This document shows positions 26,543 to 35,759 of a stretch of DNA of 64,000 bases, one piece after another. The stretch spans positions 281,372 through 345,371 of the forward strand of contig CALCZC010000025.1 in assembly GCA_937903605.1 (NCBI GenBank), in the 5' to 3' direction. The notes under the pieces were generated by a model. That model was not told where the DNA came from. It saw only the letters and a program-made list of their open reading frames with translations, and ran no database searches. The DNA is from an uncultured bacterium. Lineage in GTDB: Bacteria; Patescibacteriota; Patescibacteriia; Magasanikbacterales; GWA2-37-8. Numbering within the stretch: the first letter of the stretch is position 1; each line of letters begins with the position of its first letter. The translations under genes were made by a program, and so were the position numbers.

Positions 26543-28444
26543 TTATTTCACCACTTCCCCTTCTATCGGCCCCTGTTCATTATCATCTTTTTTATCTTCG
26601 GTTTTATTTTCTGCTCCAGGTTGTTGGGCCTGTTGGTTTTGTTGATACATTTTTGCACCAACAGCTTGAGCGTCTTTACTCAATGCATCAGCCGCTTTTT
26701 TGATTGCCTCTATATCATCTTTATCTTTTACATCTTTTAATGCCTTTACACCTTCTTCCACTTTTTTCTTTTCGTCGTCAGTGATAGCAACTTTCTTTTC
26801 GTCGATTTCTTTCATCATTTTTTCTGTCGTATAAATCATTGTATCGGCTAAATTACGAGCTTCGATAAGTTCTTGTTTTTTCTTATCTTCATCGGCATGA
26901 GCTTCGGCTTCTTTTTTCATTTTTTCTATTTCATCTTTATTTAAACCAGAAGATGATTCAATGCGTACAGATTGTTCTTTGCCTGTGCCCTTATCCTTGG
27001 CTTTGACATTAAGAATTCCGTTGGCATCAATATCAAAATGTACTTCAATTTGCGGTACACCACGCGGAGCCATAGGGATTCCATCCAACATAAACCTACC
27101 CAATGTTTTATTATCAGGAGCCATCGGACGTTCACCTTGTAAAATATGAATTTCTACGCTTGGTTGATTGTCAGCGGCTGTTGAAAATACTTGAGATTTA
27201 GAAGTTGGGATAGTGGTGTTGCGCTCAATAAGTTTAGTCATTACTCCGCCCATGGTTTCAATCCCTAGAGATAGCGGGGTAACATCAAGCAACAAAACAT
27301 CTTTGACATCACCTTGGAGCACTCCACCTTGTACCGCCGCTCCGGCAGCTACTACTTCATCGGGGTTTACGGTAATATTTGGTTTTTTGCCAAAGAATTT
27401 TTCTACGGTAGAAATAACCAGTGGCATGCGAGTCATACCACCAACCATAACCACTTCATGTAAATCACCGGTAGATAGTTTGGCATCTTCCAATGCTTTT
27501 TTAACCGGAATCAAAGTTTTTTGCACCAATTCCCCAACCAATTCTTCCAATTTAGCGCGGGTCAATTTCATCACCAAATGTTTCGGACCAGTTGAGTCAG
27601 AAGTAATAAAAGGTTGGTTGATTTCACTTTCTTGCGCGGTTGATAATTCAATTTTTGCTTTTTCTGCCGCTTCTTTAATTCGTTGAAGCGCTAAAGTGTC
27701 TTTACTCAAATCAATACCTTGATCTTTTTTAAATTCATCCAAAATCCAATTGATAACCACTTGATCAAAATCGTCCCCTCCAAGATGAGTGTCGCCGTTA
27801 GTAGATAATACTTGTACAGTATCGGCGGAAACATCCAAAATAGAAATATCAAAAGTACCACCACCTAAATCATAGACTGCAATTTTTTGATCTTTCTTTT
27901 TATCAAAACCATAAGCCAAAGCGGCGGCCGTTGGTTCATTGATAATACGCAAAACTTTCAAACCGGCAATTTCACCCGCATCTTTGGTAGCTTGACGTTG
28001 AGAATCATCAAAATAAGCCGGCACAGTGATAACCGCTTCAGTAATTTTTTCTCCCACTCTTTCTTCCGCGTCGGCTTTCATTTTCTGTAATATCATGGCG
28101 GAAATTTCTTGCGGTGAATATTCTTTATCACTCATTTTAACCTTTACCCCTTCACCTGATTTCACAATTTTATAAGGCATTAAACTAACATCACGTTGAA
28201 CTTCAGAATCATCAAAACGACGACCGATAAGACGCTTGATAGAATAAAGTGTATTTTCCGGATTGGTCACGGCTTGGCGTTTGGCCAATTGTCCGACTAA
28301 TCTTTCACCGGTTTTGGAAATCGCTACGATAGAAGGAGTTGTGCGATTACCCTCTTTATTTTCTAAAACTTTCGGTTGACCACCTTCGATAATAGCCATA
28401 CAGCTATTAGTGGTACCAAGATCTATTCCTAATACTTTTCCCAT
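26543..28444 (-). CDS. dnaK: molecular chaperone DnaK (Hsp70)
   Basis: [21 protein letters not shown]…DLGGGTFD…, 633 aa. Confidence 0.95.
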   Translation of the reverse strand: MGKVLGIDLGTTNSCMAIIEGGQPKVLENKEGNRTTPSIVAISKTGERLVGQLAKRQAVTNPENTLYSIKRLIGRRFDDSEVQRDVSLMPYKIVKSGEGVKVKMSDKEYSPQEISAMILQKMKADAEERVGEKITEAVITVPAYFDDSQRQATKDAGEIAGLKVLRIINEPTAAALAYGFDKKKDQKIAVYDLGGGTFDISILDVSADTVQVLSTNGDTHLGGDDFDQVVINWILDEFKKDQGIDLSKDTLALQRIKEAAEKAKIELSTAQESEINQPFITSDSTGPKHLVMKLTRAKLEELVGELVQKTLIPVKKALEDAKLSTGDLHEVVMVGGMTRMPLVISTVEKFFGKKPNITVNPDEVVAAGAAVQGGVLQGDVKDVLLLDVTPLSLGIETMGGVMTKLIERNTTIPTSKSQVFSTAADNQPSVEIHILQGERPMAPDNKTLGRFMLDGIPMAPRGVPQIEVHFDIDANGILNVKAKDKGTGKEQSVRIESSSGLNKDEIEKMKKEAEAHADEDKKKQELIEARNLADTMIYTTEKMMKEIDEKKVAITDDEKKKVEEGVKALKDVKDKDDIEAIKKAADALSKDAQAVGAKMYQQNQQAQQPGAENKTEDKKDDNEQGPIEGEVVK

Positions 28445-28480
28445 ATGTGTATTAAATTAAGTTATTAATTAGGTTATTAA

Positions 28481-29404
28481 TTATTTTATTGTTAAATTAT
28501 ATTCATTGGCCGGTTCATCAGTATATTGTTTAATATATTTATCTGTGTCGGCCGTATTTTCAATGGGTCCTTCAAATACATAAGCTCTCTTAAAAGTTTT
28601 TACTTTGATATGATTATTATCAATCCAACTAATAAGCCCGGAAGTAACCCAACAACCCTCTCCGCAAGAAACTAGTGTTTCATTTTTTGGTATATCCAAC
28701 ACTTTTGTTTCTACCTTATTCTTCCAATTATAAACATATATCGATTCCAAATCTTTATCATCAAATTTCACAAAATATATATTTTCTTTATTTGGCGAAT
28801 AAGGAGGGTCAAACAAAATAGAAGGGGAATTTAAAATTGGAAATGAGTTGTCGTATTGTATTTTAGCCACATCCTTCTCTTTGTCTAACTCAATATAATA
28901 TTTTAGAGAGAAACCAATAACTTCATTGCTGCCTCGCAAAAAAATAAACAGTTTATTGTTTTCCTCATAACGAAACCATTCTTCAACGCCACTAAGCTTG
29001 TTATATTCCACCCTATCATCTTTAATATAATTTACGAGATTTTCATTAAATATTTTTTTATTTCCGTGCCATAAATAATTATCGAAGACAGAATATCTAT
29101 TATTAGCCACAATATCGTCAAATATTCGCTTTCGTTCTTTGTCGTATGCTTCTTGTCTTGTTTTATCATTTTCTTCTAATTCAAGCTTCCAGTTACTTTT
29201 ATAGACACTCAATTCCGCTGATAAATCATCAATATTTTTCTGATAATCTACTAATTTTAATTTAATCGTATTCAATTCATTGTTGGCTTTTGAATAATTA
29301 TCAAATAATTTGTTGTATTTATTTATCTGCCAAATCAAAACTCCGCTAATTGCAACTAGTACAACCAATAAAACTCCCCCTGCTATTTTTATTTTATTTT
29401 TCAT
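28481..29404 (-). CDS. membrane-anchored coiled-coil/beta-rich protein of unknown function (307 aa) inserted between grpE-fusion and dnaK
   Basis: N-terminal TM helix (IAGGVLLVVLVAISGVLIW), predicted coiled coil, then a beta-rich domain. No motif recognised. Confidence 0.5.
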   Translation of the reverse strand: MKNKIKIAGGVLLVVLVAISGVLIWQINKYNKLFDNYSKANNELNTIKLKLVDYQKNIDDLSAELSVYKSNWKLELEENDKTRQEAYDKERKRIFDDIVANNRYSVFDNYLWHGNKKIFNENLVNYIKDDRVEYNKLSGVEEWFRYEENNKLFIFLRGSNEVIGFSLKYYIELDKEKDVAKIQYDNSFPILNSPSILFDPPYSPNKENIYFVKFDDKDLESIYVYNWKNKVETKVLDIPKNETLVSCGEGCWVTSGLISWIDNNHIKVKTFKRAYVFEGPIENTADTDKYIKQYTDEPANEYNLTIK

Positions 29405-29407
29405 AAA

Positions 29408-30334
29408 TTATTTATTAATTATTACTTTAGCTGCTTTGATTACTTTATCTCCAACTTTATATCCTCCATCTATTTCTTTCAAAATTATATGGGATTCTAC
29501 ACCATCTTGCATTTCTTCTCCCATAGCTTCATGAAACTTCGGATTAAATTTCTCACCAACAGTTTTAATTTCCTCCACTCCATGCGCTTTTAGCACGCTT
29601 TCAAACTGTTTCATAATAAACCCGATGCCATCTATCCAGTTTTTGAAAGTTTTATGCTCTTCGTTATCGGGATTTACTTCCAGGCGGTGGTAAAAAGCTT
29701 TTTTAAAATTTTCATAAACCGGAATAAATTCTTCCAAAATTTGCGTTTCGCTCATTTGTGCCCATTCTCCACGGCGGGTATTGATTTCGTTTTGAAGATT
29801 TTTATAATCCGCAAGAGCCCTTTGCCAGCCGGCTTTGTATTCATCTGACTCTATTTTGTGTTTCTCACAATCCTTGCAAGCTTTGCTGAATAATCCTTTT
29901 TTAATTTTTAAAAAATGTTTTTTTACAGTTTCCAAACAACTCTCTTCCACATCGTCGCGTTTTACTATTTCCTCGGGCGCGAGCCAAATATACTCTTGGC
30001 CTTCCCGGCCATCCACTTTTACTTCATCTTCGTTTAAGGTCCGGGCTTTGTAGTCCAAACCAATAAAGTGTCTCATGGACCCGGAAAAATTTGGCGGATC
30101 CACAAATTCCACATGTCCCAAAAATTCTATTTGATCTATATCCAAATTGGTTTCTTCTTTCACTTCCCGTTTAAGCGCATCTTCCATTTTTTCCATATAG
30201 TCTATTTTTCCACCCGGTACTACCAGTTTATCGCTCCATTTTTTGGAACGCATCAAAAATATTTTTCCGTCGTTATTGTAAATAAACGCGCCGACAGAAA
30301 CCACGGGTCTAGTTGTATTGTTTTGATCCGCCAT
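29408..30334 (-). CDS. grpE: NUDIX hydrolase domain fused to GrpE nucleotide-exchange factor (308 aa)
   Basis: Residues ~10-130 form a Nudix fold with box GGKIDYMEKMEDALKREVKEETNL. Residues ~150-308 form GrpE (YKAGWQRALADYKNLQNE coiled coil, FNPKFHEAMGEE, GYKVGDKVIKAAKVII). A single continuous ORF sits in the hrcA-grpE-dnaK-dnaJ position. Confidence 0.8.
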   Translation of the reverse strand: MADQNNTTRPVVSVGAFIYNNDGKIFLMRSKKWSDKLVVPGGKIDYMEKMEDALKREVKEETNLDIDQIEFLGHVEFVDPPNFSGSMRHFIGLDYKARTLNEDEVKVDGREGQEYIWLAPEEIVKRDDVEESCLETVKKHFLKIKKGLFSKACKDCEKHKIESDEYKAGWQRALADYKNLQNEINTRRGEWAQMSETQILEEFIPVYENFKKAFYHRLEVNPDNEEHKTFKNWIDGIGFIMKQFESVLKAHGVEEIKTVGEKFNPKFHEAMGEEMQDGVESHIILKEIDGGYKVGDKVIKAAKVIINK

Positions 30335-30335
30335 A

Positions 30336-31058
30336 TTATAAACTATTTAATATTTCACTGATTTTTTGCATCAAAGCGTAATTTCTTTTGTAATCCATTC
30401 TATTCAAACCCACCATCAACAACATATCGGATTTGTCTTTACGGACACGCGTGGCCAAAACACTCAAATCTTCACCAAACGGCTGTTCCTCGCCTAGGAA
30501 AAATCTCGGATCATCTATAATCATATTCTCAAATTCATCCAGATAATCTTCACAATGATCAAATATTCCGGAGATGTTTACCACTAATTCCGGTTCCATA
30601 AATTCTTTCTTACCAAATAAATTTGAAAGTCCCGTATAATAAACTTTATCCGGACCAAAGGCGTAAATTATAGCTTCTCCGCTGATTTGCGCCAAACCTT
30701 TGGCTAGAGTGCGAACTCCGCTTTCAAAATCTTGTTTTTCTCCCATCAAGATTTCTTCCACTTTCTTTTCATCTTTACCGCTTATTTTTACACCACCTAA
30801 ATTCATGGAATTAATATAATGACGGTAACCGGCTGCAGTCGGAACTCTGCCGGCGCTGGTGTGCGGATGAGTCAAATAACCTACTTCTTCCAAAGCGCGC
30901 AGATCGTTGCGTACCGTGGCTTCGCTCCAATCAAGACCTTCTTGTTTAACTAAAAACTTAGAACCAACGGGCTGCGCTGTTTCTATGTGAGTTTCAACCA
31001 CCAATTTAAAAAGCTTCTCTTGGCGTTCATTTAGATTTTTTTTCTTATTGGAAGCCAT
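30336..31058 (-). CDS. hrcA: heat-inducible transcription repressor HrcA (short, 240 aa)
   Basis: N-terminal winged-HTH LNERQEKLFKLVVETHIETAQPVGSKFL…VRNDLRALEEVGYLTHPHTSAGRVPT. A CIRCE operator lies directly upstream. Confidence 0.8.
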   Translation of the reverse strand: MASNKKKNLNERQEKLFKLVVETHIETAQPVGSKFLVKQEGLDWSEATVRNDLRALEEVGYLTHPHTSAGRVPTAAGYRHYINSMNLGGVKISGKDEKKVEEILMGEKQDFESGVRTLAKGLAQISGEAIIYAFGPDKVYYTGLSNLFGKKEFMEPELVVNISGIFDHCEDYLDEFENMIIDDPRFFLGEEQPFGEDLSVLATRVRKDKSDMLLMVGLNRMDYKRNYALMQKISEILNSL

Positions 31059-31067
31059 AGTTAAAAA

Positions 31068-31094
31068 TTATCACTCTCTCTTCTTGAGTGATAA
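31068..31094 (-). promoter_or_regulatory. CIRCE-like HrcA operator (TTATCACTC-N9-GAGTGATAA)
   Basis: Perfect 9-bp inverted repeat with a 9-nt spacer. It differs from canonical TTAGCACTC-N9-GAGTGCTAA at one position per arm. It sits between the promoter -10 and the hrcA ATG. Confidence 0.75.
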
Positions 31095-31121
31095 TATAAC
31101 ACAAGTAAAAAAGGTCGTCAA
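31093..31121 (-). promoter_or_regulatory. promoter of the hrcA operon (TTGACG-N17-TATATT)
   Basis: Read on the minus strand. The -10 overlaps the CIRCE right arm by 2 nt. Confidence 0.55.
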
Positions 31122-31351
31122 TAGTATTTTTTTAGCTAGAATAAGCTAATTTTCAAAAGTGTTCTTACTTATCCACAAATAGTATTATCAAGCCCGAATG
31201 CTGAGCGTTGAAATTATTAGACTTAGCTTGACCCCTAACCTTGACAATCATATCTTCTACCAAATAATTTTGGCTAGGTATTGACAAAATTTTTAATTTA
31301 TGATAGGTTAAATTATCGATCTTTATTATCAACTTCCAAGAGGAGGAAGAA

Positions 31352-31750
31352 ATGGAAAACTCAAAAATTCCAAACCAAATTGAAGAAATTCTTTTAAACC
31401 AGTTAGACAGTAGTCTAAAGAGTTTGAAAGAACTTCTGCATCGTAAATGGTTAACATTGGGTGAACTTTTTACAGCTCTTACCTGTTGTCGCACCATCGA
31501 AAGCGCCCTTTTCCGCGTTGATCACTTTCAAGCTGAAAATTATCTTGTCACGGCCAAAGAAAAGTTGCTGAAGAAATTTCAAGAAATGGAAAAAAGTGGT
31601 CGAGAATGGACATTTATATTTGTCATAAGCAATGAGGCTTATAACAAATATAAGAAGAAAATTGCGATTTACCCCGCCAAAAAAAATATACTCCCTTGGT
31701 GGGAGGAGATAAAAAAAATCTCCGAAACAAAAAAAAGATCCTCCGCGTAA
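31352..31750 (+). CDS. hypothetical protein (132 aa)
   Basis: Strong RBS AGGAGGAAGAA before the ATG. Terminator CCTCCGC-gtaaa-GCGGAGG plus T-run at 31739-31770. Confidence 0.5.
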   Translation: MENSKIPNQIEEILLNQLDSSLKSLKELLHRKWLTLGELFTALTCCRTIESALFRVDHFQAENYLVTAKEKLLKKFQEMEKSGREWTFIFVISNEAYNKYKKKIAIYPAKKNILPWWEEIKKISETKKRSSA

Positions 31751-31777
31751 AGCGGAGGAGTTTTTATTTTATAAATA

Positions 31778-32362
31778 TTATTTTATTGGTGTTTGACTGA
31801 TAATGGAAATCTCTGAAAGCAATACATTTTCTACATAAATACCACGTGTATAAAATATTTTTTCCAATTCATTTTTTAACTCTGTCTCTACTACATCGCG
31901 TTTACTGCCAATAATATCAGCGAAATCAAAACGAGAAAAAACCATACGAACACGAGAACGAATAGTTGGGCGAACAATTTTTGCAACAAAATCTTCACCG
32001 ATGGTCTGCCAAAGAGAAGGTATTTGTTGAACATCCAAACGTAACAAAATAGTACCTTCCACTCCGGCGCGTTTACTATCTTGAGTGACCGCAGCTATAG
32101 GTATGTCCCCCATTGCTCTTTCATTTTCTGGATTAAACTGACGAGAAATACTGTATTCTAAGGTTTGGGTATTAAATAATTTTGCTTTTTGCCAAAAAGG
32201 AATTTTCAAATGTAAACCGGGGGTTAGAACTTTTTTTAGAACTCCGTGTCCCATATCATAAACACAAGCCACATAACCTGGTGGTACGTAAATAAAAAAA
32301 CCCTTTAATACATCCTCCATAACGAAGGAATACATCAATTTATCAAGTGAATCTCCAGCCAT
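31778..32362 (-). CDS. SPFH/band-7 (prohibitin-like) domain protein
   Basis: …FFIYVPPGYVACVYDMGHGVLKKVLTPGLHLKIPFWQKAKLFNTQTLEYS… is the typical start of an SPFH domain. Confidence 0.65.
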   Translation of the reverse strand: MAGDSLDKLMYSFVMEDVLKGFFIYVPPGYVACVYDMGHGVLKKVLTPGLHLKIPFWQKAKLFNTQTLEYSISRQFNPENERAMGDIPIAAVTQDSKRAGVEGTILLRLDVQQIPSLWQTIGEDFVAKIVRPTIRSRVRMVFSRFDFADIIGSKRDVVETELKNELEKIFYTRGIYVENVLLSEISIISQTPIK

Positions 32363-32374
32363 ATTTTTGCTAAA

Positions 32375-33079
32375 TTAAGCTATTTTAACCGGATTTTTTA
32401 CCGGAAAGAATAAAATTCTTATTAACCTAAGTATATCAGAAAAAATTACAGAAGTCAAAATAAACAATGACTTTACCATGGGTAAATAATATAGGAAAAA
32501 AAATACAAAAGCTGGAAATAAAAATAAAAAATAAAGTTCTGATTTGTTTAAGTCTTTACGTCCAATCTCTTCTGCAAGTATAGAAATAAATAAATAAAAA
32601 GCACATATACCAGCCCAAATAAAATCTTTTCTCTTACTAATATCGAAACCATAAAAATCCAAATTTACTTTTCCAGTTAAATTATTATGTTCGTATAAAA
32701 CATTTACTGTCCTATCTCCGGCCATCCCGCCAACAAAAACTTGATAAATCAAAATTAACATCAAGCCTTGTACGGCCAGAGTAACAACTTTGGCCCAAGG
32801 CGAAACTCGATATTTACGAATAATTCTCCTTGCTTCTTCTTTTTGTGCTATTGGATCATTTTTGAAAGATTTAGCCACCTGTAAGGCTTCAAGTTCTACT
32901 TCTTTTTGTCGATTAACGTCTCGCTCGGAAATAATAGAAAGAGGCAAAAGACAAAGACGCAACATTACAGTCATGATAATAACAGCATAACCCATATTTC
33001 CTTGAGAAAGGTTATTATAGAGCCAAACCAAAAGATTGAAAACAGGCTGATAGAGTAGCGTAAACCAAATGTAAGACAT
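32375..33079 (-). CDS. yidC: membrane protein insertase YidC (short Oxa1-type)
   Basis: …GNMGYAVIIMTVMLRLCLLPLSI…RKYRVSPWA… is the conserved YidC core. 234 aa, like YidC2/SpoIIIJ. Confidence 0.8.
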   Translation of the reverse strand: MSYIWFTLLYQPVFNLLVWLYNNLSQGNMGYAVIIMTVMLRLCLLPLSIISERDVNRQKEVELEALQVAKSFKNDPIAQKEEARRIIRKYRVSPWAKVVTLAVQGLMLILIYQVFVGGMAGDRTVNVLYEHNNLTGKVNLDFYGFDISKRKDFIWAGICAFYLFISILAEEIGRKDLNKSELYFLFLFPAFVFFFLYYLPMVKSLFILTSVIFSDILRLIRILFFPVKNPVKIA

Positions 33080-33138
33080 AGGGGTAAGTAATTTTCAATT
33101 TTTAATTTAAAATTTTTAATGAATTTATAATTTACAAT

Positions 33139-33831
33139 TTATAATTTTATAAATTTCATTATATATTCCTTTATTTTCAGCTGTTCTGCTAAACTGTTCT
33201 CTAGCTCAATTGCTATAAATTCCGGAAAAAATTCTTGTGGATAATTTTTCAGATAGTCCATTTCTGATAAATTTTCCAAAACATGATAATCAAAACGTAT
33301 TTCTTCTGGTTTTTCCGGGTCATTTTTTGGTTCTTTTTTTATCGCACTCAAATGTGCACAACCGATTTTATGATTTTCTATCATCCTAATAGATTGTTCG
33401 TAACGCTCGGGAAAAATAATCTTATCGTTTTCCAGATGAGAAAAATCAATACAAACCCCGGCATATTCCAACAACTCGTCCTCAGGAAAACCCAGGTGGG
33501 TGTTTTCAATATAAATAACTTCTTTTTTATATTTATCCCAAGAATATTTAAGCGGATAAAGTCTTTCGCTGTGAGTATTAAAAACTTTGGTTTGATAATT
33601 TTCCCGCAACCAAGCAATTTCTTCTTCATCAAAATCACTACGTAGATGGATAAAAGGAATTCTTTTTAAATTTGTTTTAGCAAGCATTTCATACGCTTCT
33701 TTTCGTTCTTCCCGATTTAAACAAGTCGGAAATAAAGCGATTTCTTCTAAACCCAAAATATCAATTTCTAAGATTTTATCTTTCCAATTTGACCCCTTGG
33801 TAGTAGTAATTGTCGGCAAAACAAGCTTCAT
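33139..33831 (-). CDS. hypothetical protein (230 aa), possibly TIM-barrel sugar-phosphate isomerase/endonuclease-2-like
   Basis: ORF only. Weak motif resemblance (…CIDFSHL…GCAHLS…). Confidence 0.4.
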   Translation of the reverse strand: MKLVLPTITTTKGSNWKDKILEIDILGLEEIALFPTCLNREERKEAYEMLAKTNLKRIPFIHLRSDFDEEEIAWLRENYQTKVFNTHSERLYPLKYSWDKYKKEVIYIENTHLGFPEDELLEYAGVCIDFSHLENDKIIFPERYEQSIRMIENHKIGCAHLSAIKKEPKNDPEKPEEIRFDYHVLENLSEMDYLKNYPQEFFPEFIAIELENSLAEQLKIKEYIMKFIKL

Positions 33832-33833
33832 AA

Positions 33834-34643
33834 TTACTTTTCTAAAATTGTTATACTTTTTATTGTTACTGGGTTTATTGGGGTAGAATTTTCTCCACTC
33901 ATACCCATAGTAACCGGCGCAGTAGCAATCTTATCTACTACTTCTAAGCCTTTTATAACTTTGCCAAAAATCACATAATTTTTGGGAAGTGGATAATCTT
34001 TATGCATAATAAAAAACTGAGAACCATTGGTATTTGGTCCGGAATTAGCCATAGCTATAGTCCCACGCGTATAACTACCGTCAAAAGTTTCATCGTCAAA
34101 TTTATAACCTGGACCTCCGGTACCATTGCCTAGCGGATCTCCACCTTGAATCATAAAACCGTCAATAACACGGTGAAAAATAGTGTTGTTGTAAAATTTA
34201 TTTTTTGCCAAATAAACAAAATTATTGACTGTGATCGGAGTAAGTGATGCGGCCAAAGCGATTTCTATTTCACCTTCGGTAGTATTCAAAACAGCGGTAT
34301 ATTGTTTTGTTTTGTCAATTTGCATTTTTGGTTTTTCTAAAGTCATAGTATTTTTTGTTTGATTAGTTTGTTGATTTGTTGATGAAATTTCTGGCTGTTT
34401 TTGTTGGGTTTGTTGTTGTTCTACCAATGTTTGGTATTGTTCTGTAGTCATTTCCTGTTGGGGTTCTGCAGTTTGCTTGCCTAAATTTTCTATTTTTTCT
34501 TTCAAAATTTTATCACTATCTTTGAAATCATCCATTGTTATCCCCTGCTTCCCATTGGGCTCATAATCCCCGGCCAAAATATTACAACCGGACAAAATGA
34601 AAACACAAAATAAAAGCAACAAAAAAAACTTTTTGTTTTTCAT
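33834..34643 (-). CDS. ppiB: peptidyl-prolyl cis-trans isomerase (cyclophilin type), lipoprotein with Q/T-rich linker
   Basis: Lipobox LSGC. Cyclophilin core HRVIDGFMIQGGDPLGNGTGGPGYKFDDE…GTIAMANSGPNTNGSQFFI. Confidence 0.85.
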   Translation of the reverse strand: MKNKKFFLLLLFCVFILSGCNILAGDYEPNGKQGITMDDFKDSDKILKEKIENLGKQTAEPQQEMTTEQYQTLVEQQQTQQKQPEISSTNQQTNQTKNTMTLEKPKMQIDKTKQYTAVLNTTEGEIEIALAASLTPITVNNFVYLAKNKFYNNTIFHRVIDGFMIQGGDPLGNGTGGPGYKFDDETFDGSYTRGTIAMANSGPNTNGSQFFIMHKDYPLPKNYVIFGKVIKGLEVVDKIATAPVTMGMSGENSTPINPVTIKSITILEK

Positions 34644-34648
34644 AAATT

Positions 34649-34804
34649 TTATTTTTTTAATTTGGCAACTTCGGCTTCAAAATCTTCCAAAGTTATCTCA
34701 ATATATTTTTCCTTGCTTTGAAGACAAGTTGGACAAGGATCTGGCGGATTAACTCCGATGTGCAAATCCCCGCATATTGTACAAAGCCAGTATTTTTTTT
34801 GCAT
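34649..34804 (-). CDS. small rubredoxin-like zinc-ribbon protein (51 aa), not in the ORF track
   Basis: Minus-strand ORF MQKKYWLCTICGDLHIGVNPPDPCPTCLQSKEKYIEITLEDFEAEVAKLKK. It has a CxxCG…CPxC layout like the rubredoxin-like C-terminus of rubrerythrin. It ends 6 nt before the ppiB start. Confidence 0.55.
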   Translation of the reverse strand: MQKKYWLCTICGDLHIGVNPPDPCPTCLQSKEKYIEITLEDFEAEVAKLKK

Positions 34805-34940
34805 AAAAATTTAATTCTAAACTAACATCAGTTTATCATTTTATTTGGTAAAAAACAAGGTTTATGAATAAATTTTCTCTTAAATCAGCGATTTTTCAAA
34901 TAAAAAAGCCCGTAATTACAGACGGGCTTTGACTTATTTT

Positions 34941-35759
34941 TTATGTAAACTTTTTGGCGTTTGCCCTGGTAAAATCCCAGGTCAAACAAGCTATTTCTTG
35001 AAGATCCATTATGACCTTTAAATATTCCTCCTTATTTGGAGCAATCAACTGAGAATAAAGTTCTTTTGTGTATTTTTCATCGGCCACAACAATTCTCTTG
35101 AACATGTTCGACATTCTTGGCGGAGCGTACTTGGTATATTTTTCTATCACTGCTTGCTTGGTGTCCGGAGTCATAGAAAAACCGTATAAACGCAGTATTT
35201 GACGAGTTAAGTGGATAGGCAATTCCAAAATCTTTTGAAGAAATTGACACAATTCTTCTTCATCCGTTGTTTTGAGCCTGGAAAAACCTTTTTCTATTCT
35301 TCGCATTTTATTGCGAATAAATCCATAAACCTCGTCGGCTAAATTTGCCTTTTTGAAACAAAAAAGAGGCAATGGATTTTTTTTAATGATTCCACCTTGT
35401 TCTGCAGCAGAACGTAAATGTTCAAAAAAAGAAATCCCTACATGGTGCAACGAAGACTGTATGATTTGTGAGTCCAGAGGAATCAACTCTAACGGAACGT
35501 TTAAATCCAAAGCAAATTTATTAATCTCCTGCAAAACTTCAACTACCTTTTTCCTTTGTTTTAAATCATAAACTATAACACAATCGATATCACTGCGTTG
35601 ATTGTGTTTATTCCAAATAAAAGAACCACAGATAACCCCACCCAAAACACCTTTTGCCTGCTCTAGATCCTGTCTAATCTTTTTTTCCACAAGTAAAAAA
35701 TCGCTCAGTAGAGGAATTTTATTTTGTTCGATCTCCGACCATGTAAAGACCTTTCCCAT
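34941..35759 (-). CDS. Pol-beta-superfamily nucleotidyltransferase (KNTase/ANT-like) with C-terminal helical domain
   Basis: GS-x11-DxD signature (GGVICGSFIWNKHNQRSDIDCVIVY), then an ~170-residue helical region. A hairpin terminator follows. Confidence 0.65.
   Translation of the reverse strand: MGKVFTWSEIEQNKIPLLSDFLLVEKKIRQDLEQAKGVLGGVICGSFIWNKHNQRSDIDCVIVYDLKQRKKVVEVLQEINKFALDLNVPLELIPLDSQIIQSSLHHVGISFFEHLRSAAEQGGIIKKNPLPLFCFKKANLADEVYGFIRNKMRRIEKGFSRLKTTDEEELCQFLQKILELPIHLTRQILRLYGFSMTPDTKQAVIEKYTKYAPPRMSNMFKRIVVADEKYTKELYSQLIAPNKEEYLKVIMDLQEIACLTWDFTRANAKKFT

Noticed and set aside
28445-28480. Expected second CIRCE operator upstream of dnaK
   Set aside because: The spacer is a plain AT-rich sequence with no TTAnCACTC/GAGTGnTAA dyad. 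Regulation appears to come only from the hrcA-proximal element.
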